DNA from: Candidatus Omnitrophota bacterium
GTDB lineage: Bacteria > Omnitrophota > Gorgyraeia > S143-82
Direction of reading: 5' to 3'
Assembly: GCA_015494465.1 (NCBI GenBank)
Contig: WGBD01000011.1
Location: forward strand, 3,553 to 67,552
DNA: 64,000 nt
The notes under the pieces are model-generated. The model searched no databases and had not been told where the DNA came from. It worked only from the letters and a program-made list of their open reading frames with translations. Both the position numbers and the translations under genes were made by a program. This document shows, piece by piece, positions 40,849-49,916 of the stretch (the first letter of the stretch is position 1; every line of letters starts with the position of its first letter).

Positions 40849-41739
40849 TTAGAACCGGTCCTTTTTCCAATCGTAAAGGAACGCATTCGTCCGCTTCACA
40901 TAATCCCAAAAGTCCTCGGATAACCGTTTCATATCTATCTTATCATAACTGGAATACCGGGCATAAGACAATCGAAATGCCCTGTAAAAGTCGTAACCCG
41001 AGCGCATCCTCCAACAGAAGGTCGCAAAGAAGTTGCGGGGAAACTCGGTCAACAAAAAGTCTATGAGGAGACAGCTCTCCGCATAGAATAGGTCTGCGGT
41101 CTCCTTGTCCATCTTGGCGTACTGACTTCTCCAATCGAATATCTTCTCCAGAGGGATGTACTTGCCCTCCTTCAGGGCCTGGGCAACTATGTAATGAGAG
41201 GCAAAGACCCGCATCTGACTCTCTTCTCTCATAGCGACCCCCTCGTCTATCACATGGGGGATCGGTGTTCCATTCCTGGCCTCATAGAATAGGATGTGGG
41301 TCATCTCGTGGGGCAACACCTGGTACAAAAGGGTCTCCTCCCTCTTGGGTATGTAATAACAGTGTATCTCCCTCCGCTCGGGGATCGCCCCTCCCACCGA
41401 CCACTCCGGCAACTCTACATATTCGTGGAAGTCCTGCTCGTCTCGGTACACATATATACGACAGCGATCGTCCCAAATCCAATAACTGCTCCGCAACAGC
41501 CCCAGATCCTGGACTATCTCCCGATAATACTTCTCCGCATAGCGTTTCAACCGATAAACGAAATCCTTGGGCACACCAGGGCGATAATATATCAGAAAGT
41601 GCATAGACCTTAATAGGTCCCATCCGCTCGAGGATCTAGCCCGTGGGGGATAAGACCCGTACAGCGGAGTAGACATCAATTCCAAGAACACAAGGGCTAT
41701 TGCAACAATGCATCCAATATCTCTTCGCCTGAAGGACAT
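40849..41739 (-). CDS. Exported peptidase MA-like zinc metalloprotein
   Basis: N-terminal hydrophobic segment; LPHEMTH (HExxH), DEGVA and FYAES motifs; start reset to MSFRRR at 41739 after GGAGAGG. Confidence 0.75.
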   Translation of the reverse strand: MSFRRRDIGCIVAIALVFLELMSTPLYGSYPPRARSSSGWDLLRSMHFLIYYRPGVPKDFVYRLKRYAEKYYREIVQDLGLLRSSYWIWDDRCRIYVYRDEQDFHEYVELPEWSVGGAIPERREIHCYYIPKREETLLYQVLPHEMTHILFYEARNGTPIPHVIDEGVAMREESQMRVFASHYIVAQALKEGKYIPLEKIFDWRSQYAKMDKETADLFYAESCLLIDFLLTEFPRNFFATFCWRMRSGYDFYRAFRLSYARYSSYDKIDMKRLSEDFWDYVKRTNAFLYDWKKDRF

Positions 41740-42746
41740 TGCAACCTCTCCTTTACCTGTCCCCCCAAGTTCTTGCGCAGGAGGTCGTCTTCGACCAAAG
41801 AAAAGATCGCGGAACGCAATCTCTCCTCCCATAGAGGCTGTCTCTCGTTTACCGCAACGACCGCAGGACCAAAGTAGGTTGCGTTCTCGCGCTGATGGGC
41901 CCGGGCATAAGGATAAGGCACGACCACCGCCGGCCGGCCCGCCATGGCAACCTCGGTCAGGGTCATTGCCCCTGCCCTGCAAACCACCACATCCGCTCCC
42001 CTTATAAGGGGATACACCGGCCAGATGTGACCCACCACATTCACTTTCTCAACATCGTACATAGCATAGGCCTGCTTGACATCCGCTACCCACCTGTCCC
42101 CGGAGATGTGTATGACCTCAACCTCCTCCCTTAATTCCGAAAGGATGCGGGGCAAGGTAGTATTCAGGCTCTGCGCTCCTCGGGTACCTCCCAAGACCAA
42201 GACCTTTACCCGATCCCCGGCACTGAACCTGAGAGAAGGCCTTAAAGAGGTATATATGTCGAACGGCAAGTTCGACGAATACACCGCCTTTGACCTCACC
42301 CACCTGGGAAAGTGATCCTCTCCCAATCCGTAAAAAACCGCCCTAGCGTGTACCGAAAAGAGCAGATTCCAGTTCCCCATAACCGCGTTCTGCTCGTGGA
42401 GGAAAAAGGGCAAGCGCTCCTTAATGGCCCGCAGATACAGGCCCAATCCGTAGGAAGAACCAAAATAGATCACCCTATCCACCTCCCTCCAAACCGACTC
42501 AATCTGCTCATCCCAGAACCTAAAAAAACCCTTTCTAAACCAGAGTATAATATCTTTCTTCGGCGACGGCAGGAAGGGAAGGTAAGATACACTATCCTCA
42601 GGCACTACCGAAGAGACCGCTTCTCTGGCAAAGGCCACCTCTTCAACCAACAGGTAGGCCTTTACATTATGGGCCTCCAAGAGCCGATAGAAGGAAAGGG
42701 CAGGGATTATGTGCCCCAACGACCCCCCGGTAATGAGAAGTACCAT
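41697..42746 (-). CDS. murG: Undecaprenyldiphospho-muramoylpentapeptide GlcNAc transferase (divergent)
   Basis: GGSLGHIIPAL, HEQN, GGTRGA, RAGAMT and HQRENA motifs. Confidence 0.85.
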   Translation of the reverse strand: MVLLITGGSLGHIIPALSFYRLLEAHNVKAYLLVEEVAFAREAVSSVVPEDSVSYLPFLPSPKKDIILWFRKGFFRFWDEQIESVWREVDRVIYFGSSYGLGLYLRAIKERLPFFLHEQNAVMGNWNLLFSVHARAVFYGLGEDHFPRWVRSKAVYSSNLPFDIYTSLRPSLRFSAGDRVKVLVLGGTRGAQSLNTTLPRILSELREEVEVIHISGDRWVADVKQAYAMYDVEKVNVVGHIWPVYPLIRGADVVVCRAGAMTLTEVAMAGRPAVVVPYPYARAHQRENATYFGPAVVAVNERQPLWEERLRSAIFSLVEDDLLRKNLGGQVKERLQCPSGEEILDALLQ

Positions 42747-42752
42747 CTGGAC

Positions 42753-43850
42753 CTACTTCTTAGACACCTGCTTCAAATACGCGAATATGAACTCGTCCAG
42801 ATCGCCGTCCAAGACTGCCTGGACATTGCTGGTCTCCACCCCTGTGCGGTGATCCTTCACCAAGGTATAAGGCTGCATAACATAGGAGCGTATCTGACTG
42901 CCCCACTCTATCTTTTTCTTCTCACCGGTCTCCCGAGCTATCTCTTCTTGCCTCTTCTGTTCCTCTAACTCGTACAACCTTGCCTTGAGCATCCGCAGGG
43001 CGGTCTGTTTGTTCTGGAGTTGGGAGCGCTCGTTCCGGCAGGTCACGACTATCCCAGTGGGGATGTGGACTATCCTCACCGCAGAATCCGTGGTATTGAC
43101 GCTCTGGCCTCCGGGACCAGTGGAGCGGAAGACATCTATCCTCAGGTCCTCTTCTTTTATCTCCACCTCTATGTCCTCGTCCATCTCCGGGACCACATCT
43201 ACCGAGGCAAAAGAGGTGTGCCTGCGCTTGTTGGCGTCAAACGGAGATATCCTCACCAAGCGGTGAACCCCACGCTCTGCCTTGAGGTGTCCGTAGGCAT
43301 AAGGCCCTTTCACCAGCATAGAGACCGAACGGATCCCCGCTTCCTCTCCCGGGAGTATGTGAATCACCTCCACATCAAAGCCCTTAAGCGATGCCCACCT
43401 CTGGTACATCCGCATTAGCATGCTCACCCAATCGCAGGCCTCGGTCCCGCCGGCCCCTGCCTGTATCTCCAGAATCGCATTCTTTTCGTCAAATCTGCCG
43501 GAAAACAGCAGGTGCCGCTCCAGGTGTTCCAGTTCCCGGCCAATGGTCTCCACCTCCCTCTCCAATTCGGAGATCACGCCGGGATCGTCCTCGGAGAGTT
43601 CGAGGAGTTCCTCCGCGTCGGATATGCGGTTCCTCATCTCTTCCCACGGCTCTACGGTCTGACGCAGGGTCTTTAACTCCTGCATAAGTTGTCCCGACCG
43701 GCTCCGGTCCTGCCAGAGGCTGGCATCCTGCATCTGTGACTCTATCTCTGCCATGCGGGCCTTCTTGTCCGCTATGTTGAGGGTCTCACAGGCGGATTCC
43801 ACCCGCCTCTCCAGATCCTTGAGTATGTTCCTGAGTTCGACGACCTCCAT
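42753..43850 (-). CDS. prfB: Peptide chain release factor 2 (single uninterrupted ORF)
   Basis: GAGGTEACDW, GVHRLVRISPF (SPF), GPGGQ and WGSQIRSY motifs. Confidence 0.97.
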   Translation of the reverse strand: MEVVELRNILKDLERRVESACETLNIADKKARMAEIESQMQDASLWQDRSRSGQLMQELKTLRQTVEPWEEMRNRISDAEELLELSEDDPGVISELEREVETIGRELEHLERHLLFSGRFDEKNAILEIQAGAGGTEACDWVSMLMRMYQRWASLKGFDVEVIHILPGEEAGIRSVSMLVKGPYAYGHLKAERGVHRLVRISPFDANKRRHTSFASVDVVPEMDEDIEVEIKEEDLRIDVFRSTGPGGQSVNTTDSAVRIVHIPTGIVVTCRNERSQLQNKQTALRMLKARLYELEEQKRQEEIARETGEKKKIEWGSQIRSYVMQPYTLVKDHRTGVETSNVQAVLDGDLDEFIFAYLKQVSKK

Positions 43851-43858
43851 AGGTAATG

Positions 43859-43888
43859 ATTATACCCAAAGTTCCAACAACCCGTCCA
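43859..43888 (-). promoter_or_regulatory. Putative promoter for prfB overlapping the murF stop
   Basis: TATAAT (contains the murF TAA) ends 8 nt before the prfB ATG; weak TGGACG at 18 nt spacing. Confidence 0.45.
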
Positions 43889-45041
43889 ATCCAATACCCC
43901 GGGAGCCTTTTAGGAATACCCACTTCGCAGGAGATAGTATCCGAGCGATCTCTTCCTTGTATTGCCTCCAGTCCTCAAAACAATGGGCGCATACCTGCTC
44001 GTGCTCCACCGCCTCACGGAATTCCTTGCCTACGAACACCTTAATCGCGGAAGGGAACATGTACTGCGCAAAGGCAACGATGTCCCGGTGGTACTTCTGA
44101 CTCTCCGCTCCCAATTCCAGCATGTCCCCGAGGACCAGCCCCACTGACTCCTCCTCACCCACTAATTCCTTAAAACTGCTCAAACTGGCCTTCATAGACC
44201 CGGGATTGGCATTATAACTGTCGTCAACTACGCGTTTGTCTTTACCCTTTATCAGTCGAAATCTGCCCTCCGGCACCTCAAATTCCCTCCAATCCACCGA
44301 GACCAAATCCGGTATCCCCATCTCCTTACCGAGGGCAGACATCAGACCTAACAGATCGCGAAAGTGTTCGCCGGGGAGGGGGAATGTCTTCTCCTCCACC
44401 GCCCCAACCCAGTGCACGGGATAACCACGAACGAACTCCTCTAAGGCGAAGAAGAACCTGACCGGCACGAACCCCTTTTTCACCCCTGCGAGTATGTCCG
44501 ACTTCTCCCTTGCCACATCGGGGACCGATCCCAGACCCTCCAGGTGAGAGGGATAAACGCTGGTTATCACCGCGTAGTGCGGGCGCACGAGATCCGCAAG
44601 GGCCCTGATCTCACCCGGGGCACTGGTGCCCAATTCCAATACCCAGAATTCCGCGTCCAGATCCGCATTGCACACCGCCAAGGGAAGACCTATCTGGTTG
44701 TTGCGATTACCGGGGCTGAACGAGACCCTCTTTCCTGCACGAGTCAGGGCATACACCAGCATCTCCTTGAAGGTGGTCTTGCCCGCGCTACCGGTTATGC
44801 CGATAACCCTACCCGAAAACCGGGATCGCCTTTCCCTTGCCTTCTCCCAGAGGTATCCCACGGTATCCGGGACGCAGAGGATCTTCTCTCCGTCCGAATA
44901 ACCTGCCCCTTCGGGCACCACGCACAGACCCGCCCCCCGCTCCAGAGCAGAAGGCACGAACCTAACCCCACCCCTTATCGCCACGAAGACATCCCCGGGC
45001 TGGACTTGTCGGGAATCTATCCTGATCTTGCCCCTGCCCAC
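43860..45041 (-). CDS. murF: UDP-N-acetylmuramoyl-tripeptide--D-alanyl-D-alanine ligase
   Basis: IDSR, ITGSAGKTTFKE, NNQIGLP, DDSYNANPGS, GDMLELG and LKGSRG motifs. Confidence 0.93.
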   Translation of the reverse strand: MGRGKIRIDSRQVQPGDVFVAIRGGVRFVPSALERGAGLCVVPEGAGYSDGEKILCVPDTVGYLWEKARERRSRFSGRVIGITGSAGKTTFKEMLVYALTRAGKRVSFSPGNRNNQIGLPLAVCNADLDAEFWVLELGTSAPGEIRALADLVRPHYAVITSVYPSHLEGLGSVPDVAREKSDILAGVKKGFVPVRFFFALEEFVRGYPVHWVGAVEEKTFPLPGEHFRDLLGLMSALGKEMGIPDLVSVDWREFEVPEGRFRLIKGKDKRVVDDSYNANPGSMKASLSSFKELVGEEESVGLVLGDMLELGAESQKYHRDIVAFAQYMFPSAIKVFVGKEFREAVEHEQVCAHCFEDWRQYKEEIARILSPAKWVFLKGSRGIGLDGLLELWV

Positions 45042-46447
45042 TCCCTGACCACCTCCACATCGGAGAAGGGATACCTGGTATCCCCTATTATTTGATAGTC
45101 CTCGTGACCCTTTCCCGCTATGACCACCACATCCGACGGACCTGCCACATCGAGTGCCCTATAGATGGCCTTGCGCCTGTCCAGCTCCACCACAACCTGG
45201 GACGGATCCGAGATGCCTGAGAGGATGTCCTCGATTATCCTCTGCGGGTCCTCGGTGCGGGGATTGTCCGAGGTAATCACCACCACATCCGCAAGGTCCG
45301 AGGCGATCCTGCCCATCAGCGGGCGCTTGCCCCGGTCCCTGTCTCCGCCACAGCCAAACACGCACAGGAGCCGATTGAATCCGCCCACCTCCCTTATAGC
45401 CCTCAACACCGTCTCCAGCCCGTCAGGAGTATGGGCGTAATCCACGAACACATGCCTGCCATCCACCTGAACCCGCTGAACCCTGCCCGGCACTCCCGGA
45501 AAGGTCCGCATCTCCCGGCACAGGTCCTCAACCGAGCGCTCCTGCCGTAAACTGGAGACCCCCACGACTGAGGTTATCGCGTTGATCAGGTTATACCTGC
45601 CCAGCATCGGCACCTCTATGCGATACTCCTTCCCCTGATAGGCGAACACCGCCTCCCCTCCTTCCAAGGATAGACGGCACTGCCTTAATTCCACCCCGCC
45701 CCCCTCGCCTATCCCTATCAGCCTATCTCCAAGAGCCCTTCGCAGGCGGTCCGCAAGTCGCCTGCCCCAATCTTCCTCCACATTCACCACCGCAACCCCA
45801 GAATCCTTAAGGTGGGCCTCGAATAGGCGCAGTTTTGCCCGAAAGTAATCCTCCATGTCCCTGTGGTAATCCAGGTGATCCCGGGTGAGATTGGTAAAGA
45901 CCGCGCAATCCACTCTCAACTCCCCCAGCCTGCCCTGACTCAATCCGTGGGAAGAGGCCTCCATCACCACCCGACGGATGCCCGATTCCTTTGCCCTTAC
46001 CAACAACTCTAGGAGGATCTCCAGAGAGGGTGTGGTGGTCTGGGACGGCAACATCTTCGAACCGAGGGCGTAGTCAACCGTCCCTATCCTCAAGACGCTG
46101 TCCGGTCCCAACAGGTGGGACATCATGTAGGATACGGTGGTCTTACCGTTGGTGCCGGTGACGGCGATTATCTCGAAGTCCTCTGCAGAGATACCGTAGA
46201 ACCTGCAGAAGTCCTGATAGAAGGCCTTGCGGGCATCGGGAACCACCCTCAATTCCACCCCCTCCGGAAGGTCCGTTCCAGGAGGGCCCTCGCAGACGAT
46301 CCCAACTGCTCCCTTTTCTATCGCCTCCGAGATAAACTCCTTCCCGGATCGGCCCACCCCGGGCAGAGCGTAGAAGACCCATCCCGGTTTGACCTTACGG
46401 GAATCGCTGGTGAGACCAAGGATGTCTGAGCCTCTCTCCGAGGACAT
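45017..46447 (-). CDS. murE: UDP-N-acetylmuramoyl-dipeptide--diaminopimelate ligase
   Basis: TGTNGKTT, MEASSH, FTNLTRDHLDYH, DYAHTPD, DNPR (meso-DAP specificity) and GKGHE motifs. Confidence 0.95.
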   Translation of the reverse strand: MSSERGSDILGLTSDSRKVKPGWVFYALPGVGRSGKEFISEAIEKGAVGIVCEGPPGTDLPEGVELRVVPDARKAFYQDFCRFYGISAEDFEIIAVTGTNGKTTVSYMMSHLLGPDSVLRIGTVDYALGSKMLPSQTTTPSLEILLELLVRAKESGIRRVVMEASSHGLSQGRLGELRVDCAVFTNLTRDHLDYHRDMEDYFRAKLRLFEAHLKDSGVAVVNVEEDWGRRLADRLRRALGDRLIGIGEGGGVELRQCRLSLEGGEAVFAYQGKEYRIEVPMLGRYNLINAITSVVGVSSLRQERSVEDLCREMRTFPGVPGRVQRVQVDGRHVFVDYAHTPDGLETVLRAIREVGGFNRLLCVFGCGGDRDRGKRPLMGRIASDLADVVVITSDNPRTEDPQRIIEDILSGISDPSQVVVELDRRKAIYRALDVAGPSDVVVIAGKGHEDYQIIGDTRYPFSDVEVVREWAGARSG

Positions 46448-48141
46448 CAGTCCTTCTTCACCTCTCTCGATGCGGTAGGAGCGATACCGAGGTAATTCAG
46501 CACATCTTGAGCTATCCTCTTAAATGTAGGGGCGCAAACCACCCCGCCGAAGTGAAACGGCTTCTTGGTGCGGGCGCTGACCACAATCACCACCTCCGGA
46601 TCCTCCCCTGGCACGAATCCCACGAACGAACTGTTGAAGTAGACATTGGAATACCTGCCGTCCACTATCCTCTGGGCGGTGCCGGTCTTTCCCGCCACCG
46701 AAAAACCCTCCAACTGGGCCCTCCTGCCCGTGCCCGTCTCTACCACCGCCTTCATTATCTCCCTAAGCCGGGAGGCAGTCAAAGGTGATATCACGCGTCT
46801 CCTCTCTTTACCCTTAGACAGGTCCTTCAGGACGAACCCCTTCCAGTCCAGTAGGGCCCTGCCCACATAAGGCTGTACCCAATACCCACCGTTGGCTATG
46901 ACCGATACCGCGCAGGCCAATTGGATAGCGGAGACGCCTACCTCCTGCCCTATAGGGACTGCAGAGATACTTATCTTGGACCAAAACGACGGTTTTTTCA
47001 GACTGCCCGGGGTCTCACCGGGCAGGTCGATCCCCGTTTTTCTCCCGAAGCCAAACCTCAATATGTAATCGTAGAGGCGCTCTTTCCCCAGACGCTGGGC
47101 AACCTTCACCGTACCGATGTTGCTGGACTTCTCTATCACCTGTTTAAAGGTCAACTCCCCGTAAGGATGATAATCGTGGAGAATGTGGGAGAAGACCCTA
47201 TAGGCACCGTTCTCACAGAATATCTTCTCCTCCTCACTCACTACCCCCTCCTCCAGGGCAGCAGAGGCGGTGATAATCTTGAACACCGATCCCGGCTCGT
47301 ACATGTCGGTTATCGCCCGGTTGCGCATGGTCTCGGGATCTACCTCGTAGAACCGGTTGGGATCAAAGGTGGGCCTCACCGCCATGGCCAGGACCTGCCC
47401 GGTAAACGGATCCATGACCACCGCCCAGGCTGAAGAGGGCTTGAACTTCTCCACCATCCAATCCAGTGCAGATTCGGTGATGCTCTGTATCACCTTATCT
47501 ATGGTCAACTCCAGATTGACGCCGCTGCGCGGGGAGACATAGCCCTCGGACTCGAGCGGGAGGGTAACGGTGCGACCATCTCTGATCAGGTACATCTTAC
47601 CGTCCTCTCCCCTCAGGAAGTCGTCGTAATACAGCTCCACTCCTGCCATCCCCCTCCTGTCCACATTCACGAAACCTACGACATGACTGGCAAGGGACTT
47701 ATCGGGATAAAAGCGGGTGAACTCCCGTATCCAGCCTAGCCCCGGCAGTTTCAGAGAATCTATCCTCTTCTTGGTCTCCAGATCGAGTTTGCGCCTTATC
47801 CAGACGAAGGCCTTGTCCTTATAGAGGCGGGACAGAATCTTATCCCGAGACAGTCCGAGGATCCTTGATAGCCTTTCTGCAACCTCCTCCTTCTGGGCGG
47901 AAGACATGCTCCTCGGCTGGGCGTAGAGGGAAAACGAGACGATGTCAAAGGCGAAAGCACGCTTGTTGCGATCGGTTATTACCCCGCGCTTGGCAGGCAA
48001 TACGATGGATACATTGTGCTGGCGACGGGCCTGCTCCAGGAAGAAATCGTGCCTTAGCACCTGAAGGTAGACGGTGCGTCCCAACTCCAGACCCAACAGC
48101 AAAAAGAAGACGAACCATAACGCGTATATCCGCTTATTCAT
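46447..48141 (-). CDS. ftsI: Class B penicillin-binding protein (FtsI/PBP3)
   Basis: N-terminal TM; RG.I.DR, YEPGSVFK (SxxK), SSN and KTGT motifs; dcw position; start reset to 48141. Confidence 0.92.
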   Translation of the reverse strand: MNKRIYALWFVFFLLLGLELGRTVYLQVLRHDFFLEQARRQHNVSIVLPAKRGVITDRNKRAFAFDIVSFSLYAQPRSMSSAQKEEVAERLSRILGLSRDKILSRLYKDKAFVWIRRKLDLETKKRIDSLKLPGLGWIREFTRFYPDKSLASHVVGFVNVDRRGMAGVELYYDDFLRGEDGKMYLIRDGRTVTLPLESEGYVSPRSGVNLELTIDKVIQSITESALDWMVEKFKPSSAWAVVMDPFTGQVLAMAVRPTFDPNRFYEVDPETMRNRAITDMYEPGSVFKIITASAALEEGVVSEEEKIFCENGAYRVFSHILHDYHPYGELTFKQVIEKSSNIGTVKVAQRLGKERLYDYILRFGFGRKTGIDLPGETPGSLKKPSFWSKISISAVPIGQEVGVSAIQLACAVSVIANGGYWVQPYVGRALLDWKGFVLKDLSKGKERRRVISPLTASRLREIMKAVVETGTGRRAQLEGFSVAGKTGTAQRIVDGRYSNVYFNSSFVGFVPGEDPEVVIVVSARTKKPFHFGGVVCAPTFKRIAQDVLNYLGIAPTASREVKKD

Positions 48142-48469
48142 CCGCCACGGCCTGAGGCATACCGAAGACTCGGGACCAGAGATTGGTCTTGCGGACCTTA
48201 GAGGTAGAGCCACAGCGCAGGCTGACTACCTTGGTAGGGATCGCATAGGTCAGAGGTACCTGACGGGCAAGCAACCTTTCCTGCATCTCCGAAGGAGAAC
48301 TCACCTCCAAGATCTTGGCCAGGTAGTACTCCCTCTGACAGAGGAGTTTATCCCTCTGGCGATAGAGTTTGTGCAGACGATACATAGCGGAGATGGTCTT
48401 GACCTGCAGATCTACATACAAGATCGCCAGCGCGGTAAGGAATGCGATCCCGATTATCCACCTTTTCAT
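48134..48469 (-). CDS. ftsL: FtsL-like cell division protein
   Basis: Small TM plus coiled-coil protein between rsmH and ftsI (positional assignment). Confidence 0.6.
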   Translation of the reverse strand: MKRWIIGIAFLTALAILYVDLQVKTISAMYRLHKLYRQRDKLLCQREYYLAKILEVSSPSEMQERLLARQVPLTYAIPTKVVSLRCGSTSKVRKTNLWSRVFGMPQAVADE

Positions 48470-48471
48470 AT

Positions 48472-49380
48472 TCAACCTGCCTTGCGTATTGCCCTGAACT
48501 TTGCACTCCTTGCCCGGGAATTCCCCGCAACTTCATCAGGGGATGGGCGCAACGGCTTCTTGGTCAACAGTTCAAAGCCCCCTCCCCTGGCCAACTGACG
48601 GAATGTGTGCTTTACGATCCTGTCCTCGAGAGAGTGGAAGGATATAACTCCCAATCTACCCCCCGGGGCCAAGGCCTTTACCGCCTTAGAGAGTCCGGTC
48701 TCCAACTGATGCAGTTCGTCGTTGACCACGATTCGCAAGGCCTGGAATATCCGGGTTGCGGGGTGTATCCTTTGCCTCCTGGCCCGGGAGGGCAGTGCGG
48801 ACAGGACTATGTTTACCAGATCCCCGGTGGTCTCCACTGGATAGCGCAGGCGCCTTTCCACTATCGCCCGGGCTATCCGGGAGGCAAATCGCTCCTCCCC
48901 GTACACCCGAAATACCCGCTCCAGTTCCTCCTGAGACAGGGAGTTCAACAACTCCGCAGCGGTAAATCCCCGACTGTCGTCCATCCTCATGTCAAGATAG
49001 GCGTCGTAGCGGAAACTGAACCCCCGCGAGGGGTCGTCCAACTGCATAGAAGAGATCCCCAGATCAAAAAGGATTACATCCACCGCCTCTATGCCAACCT
49101 TCAACAGGTATTCGTCAAGGTTGGAGTAGGGCCCTTGGAACAGATAGTAGCGTCCCCCCTTTACCCCCCTCAGGGTCGTCTCTGCTCTCTCAAGGGCCCT
49201 AGGGTCAAGGTCAATACCCACGAGCACGCCACCTGGTACTGCCCTCTCCAGGAGGGCACGAGCGTGACCTCCTGCACCCACGGTGCAGTCGAGGATCCGC
49301 TCACCTCTTTGGGGCGAGAGCACCTCAAGCACCTCTCCCAGCATTACAGGTATGTGATCTATCCCCCCGTTTACATTCAT
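48472..49380 (-). CDS. rsmH: 16S rRNA m4C1402 methyltransferase
   Basis: HIPVM, DCTVGAGGH, DLGISS, RGFSF, HPATRIFQA and SFHSLEDR motifs. Confidence 0.97.
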   Translation of the reverse strand: MNVNGGIDHIPVMLGEVLEVLSPQRGERILDCTVGAGGHARALLERAVPGGVLVGIDLDPRALERAETTLRGVKGGRYYLFQGPYSNLDEYLLKVGIEAVDVILFDLGISSMQLDDPSRGFSFRYDAYLDMRMDDSRGFTAAELLNSLSQEELERVFRVYGEERFASRIARAIVERRLRYPVETTGDLVNIVLSALPSRARRQRIHPATRIFQALRIVVNDELHQLETGLSKAVKALAPGGRLGVISFHSLEDRIVKHTFRQLARGGGFELLTKKPLRPSPDEVAGNSRARSAKFRAIRKAG

Positions 49381-49814
49381 CCCTGTATCAACTGCTCAGC
49401 AATGGACTCAAAGTCCCCTATGGCCTCGGAATAGAACCTGTCCCAGTTCTCCTTGCTCCATATCTCTATGCGGGAAGAAACCCCTATCACCACTATCTCC
49501 CTATCTATCCCGGCAAACTCCTTCAGGTAGGCAGGTATCAGTATCCTCCCCTGCCGGGTCAACTCTATCTCCACCGCCCCGGAGAAGTATATCCGGTTGA
49601 ACCTTCGGGCAGTAGAACTGGTTAGGGGCAGGGCCTTGAACGCGGACTCCTGCCTGCGCCACTCCACATCCGGAAATAGGAACAGACACCTGTCCAGCCC
49701 TCGGGTGAGAAAGAAAGAGCGGATGTTGTGCTTCTCTGCCACCTCTCTGAACCTCGCTGGGAGGATAAACCGGTTCTTGTCGTCAAGGGTATGGAGGTAT
49801 TCCCCGTAAAACAT
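49377..49814 (-). CDS. mraZ: Transcriptional regulator MraZ
   Basis: MFYGEY.HTLDDKNR..LP, GRILIP and RIEIW motifs. Confidence 0.96.
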   Translation of the reverse strand: MFYGEYLHTLDDKNRFILPARFREVAEKHNIRSFFLTRGLDRCLFLFPDVEWRRQESAFKALPLTSSTARRFNRIYFSGAVEIELTRQGRILIPAYLKEFAGIDREIVVIGVSSRIEIWSKENWDRFYSEAIGDFESIAEQLIQG

Positions 49815-49839
49815 TCCACTTTACTCCACTTTATTCCAC
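49815..49839 (-). promoter_or_regulatory. MraZ binding repeats
   Basis: Three GTGGA boxes at 10-nt period (GTGGAATAAA GTGGAGTAAA GTGGA) directly before the mraZ ATG; a fourth GTGGA at 49861-49865. Confidence 0.85.
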
Positions 49840-49845
49840 AAATGG

Positions 49846-49875
49846 AGTATAATACTCCAATCCACCTCTTGTCAA
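49846..49875 (-). promoter_or_regulatory. dcw (mraZ) sigma70 promoter
   Basis: TTGACA-18 nt-TATACT. Confidence 0.7.
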
Positions 49876-49916
49876 TGGGAAAGTAATCGAGTTAGTCCAA
49901 AGAGTGGAAAAAGGCA

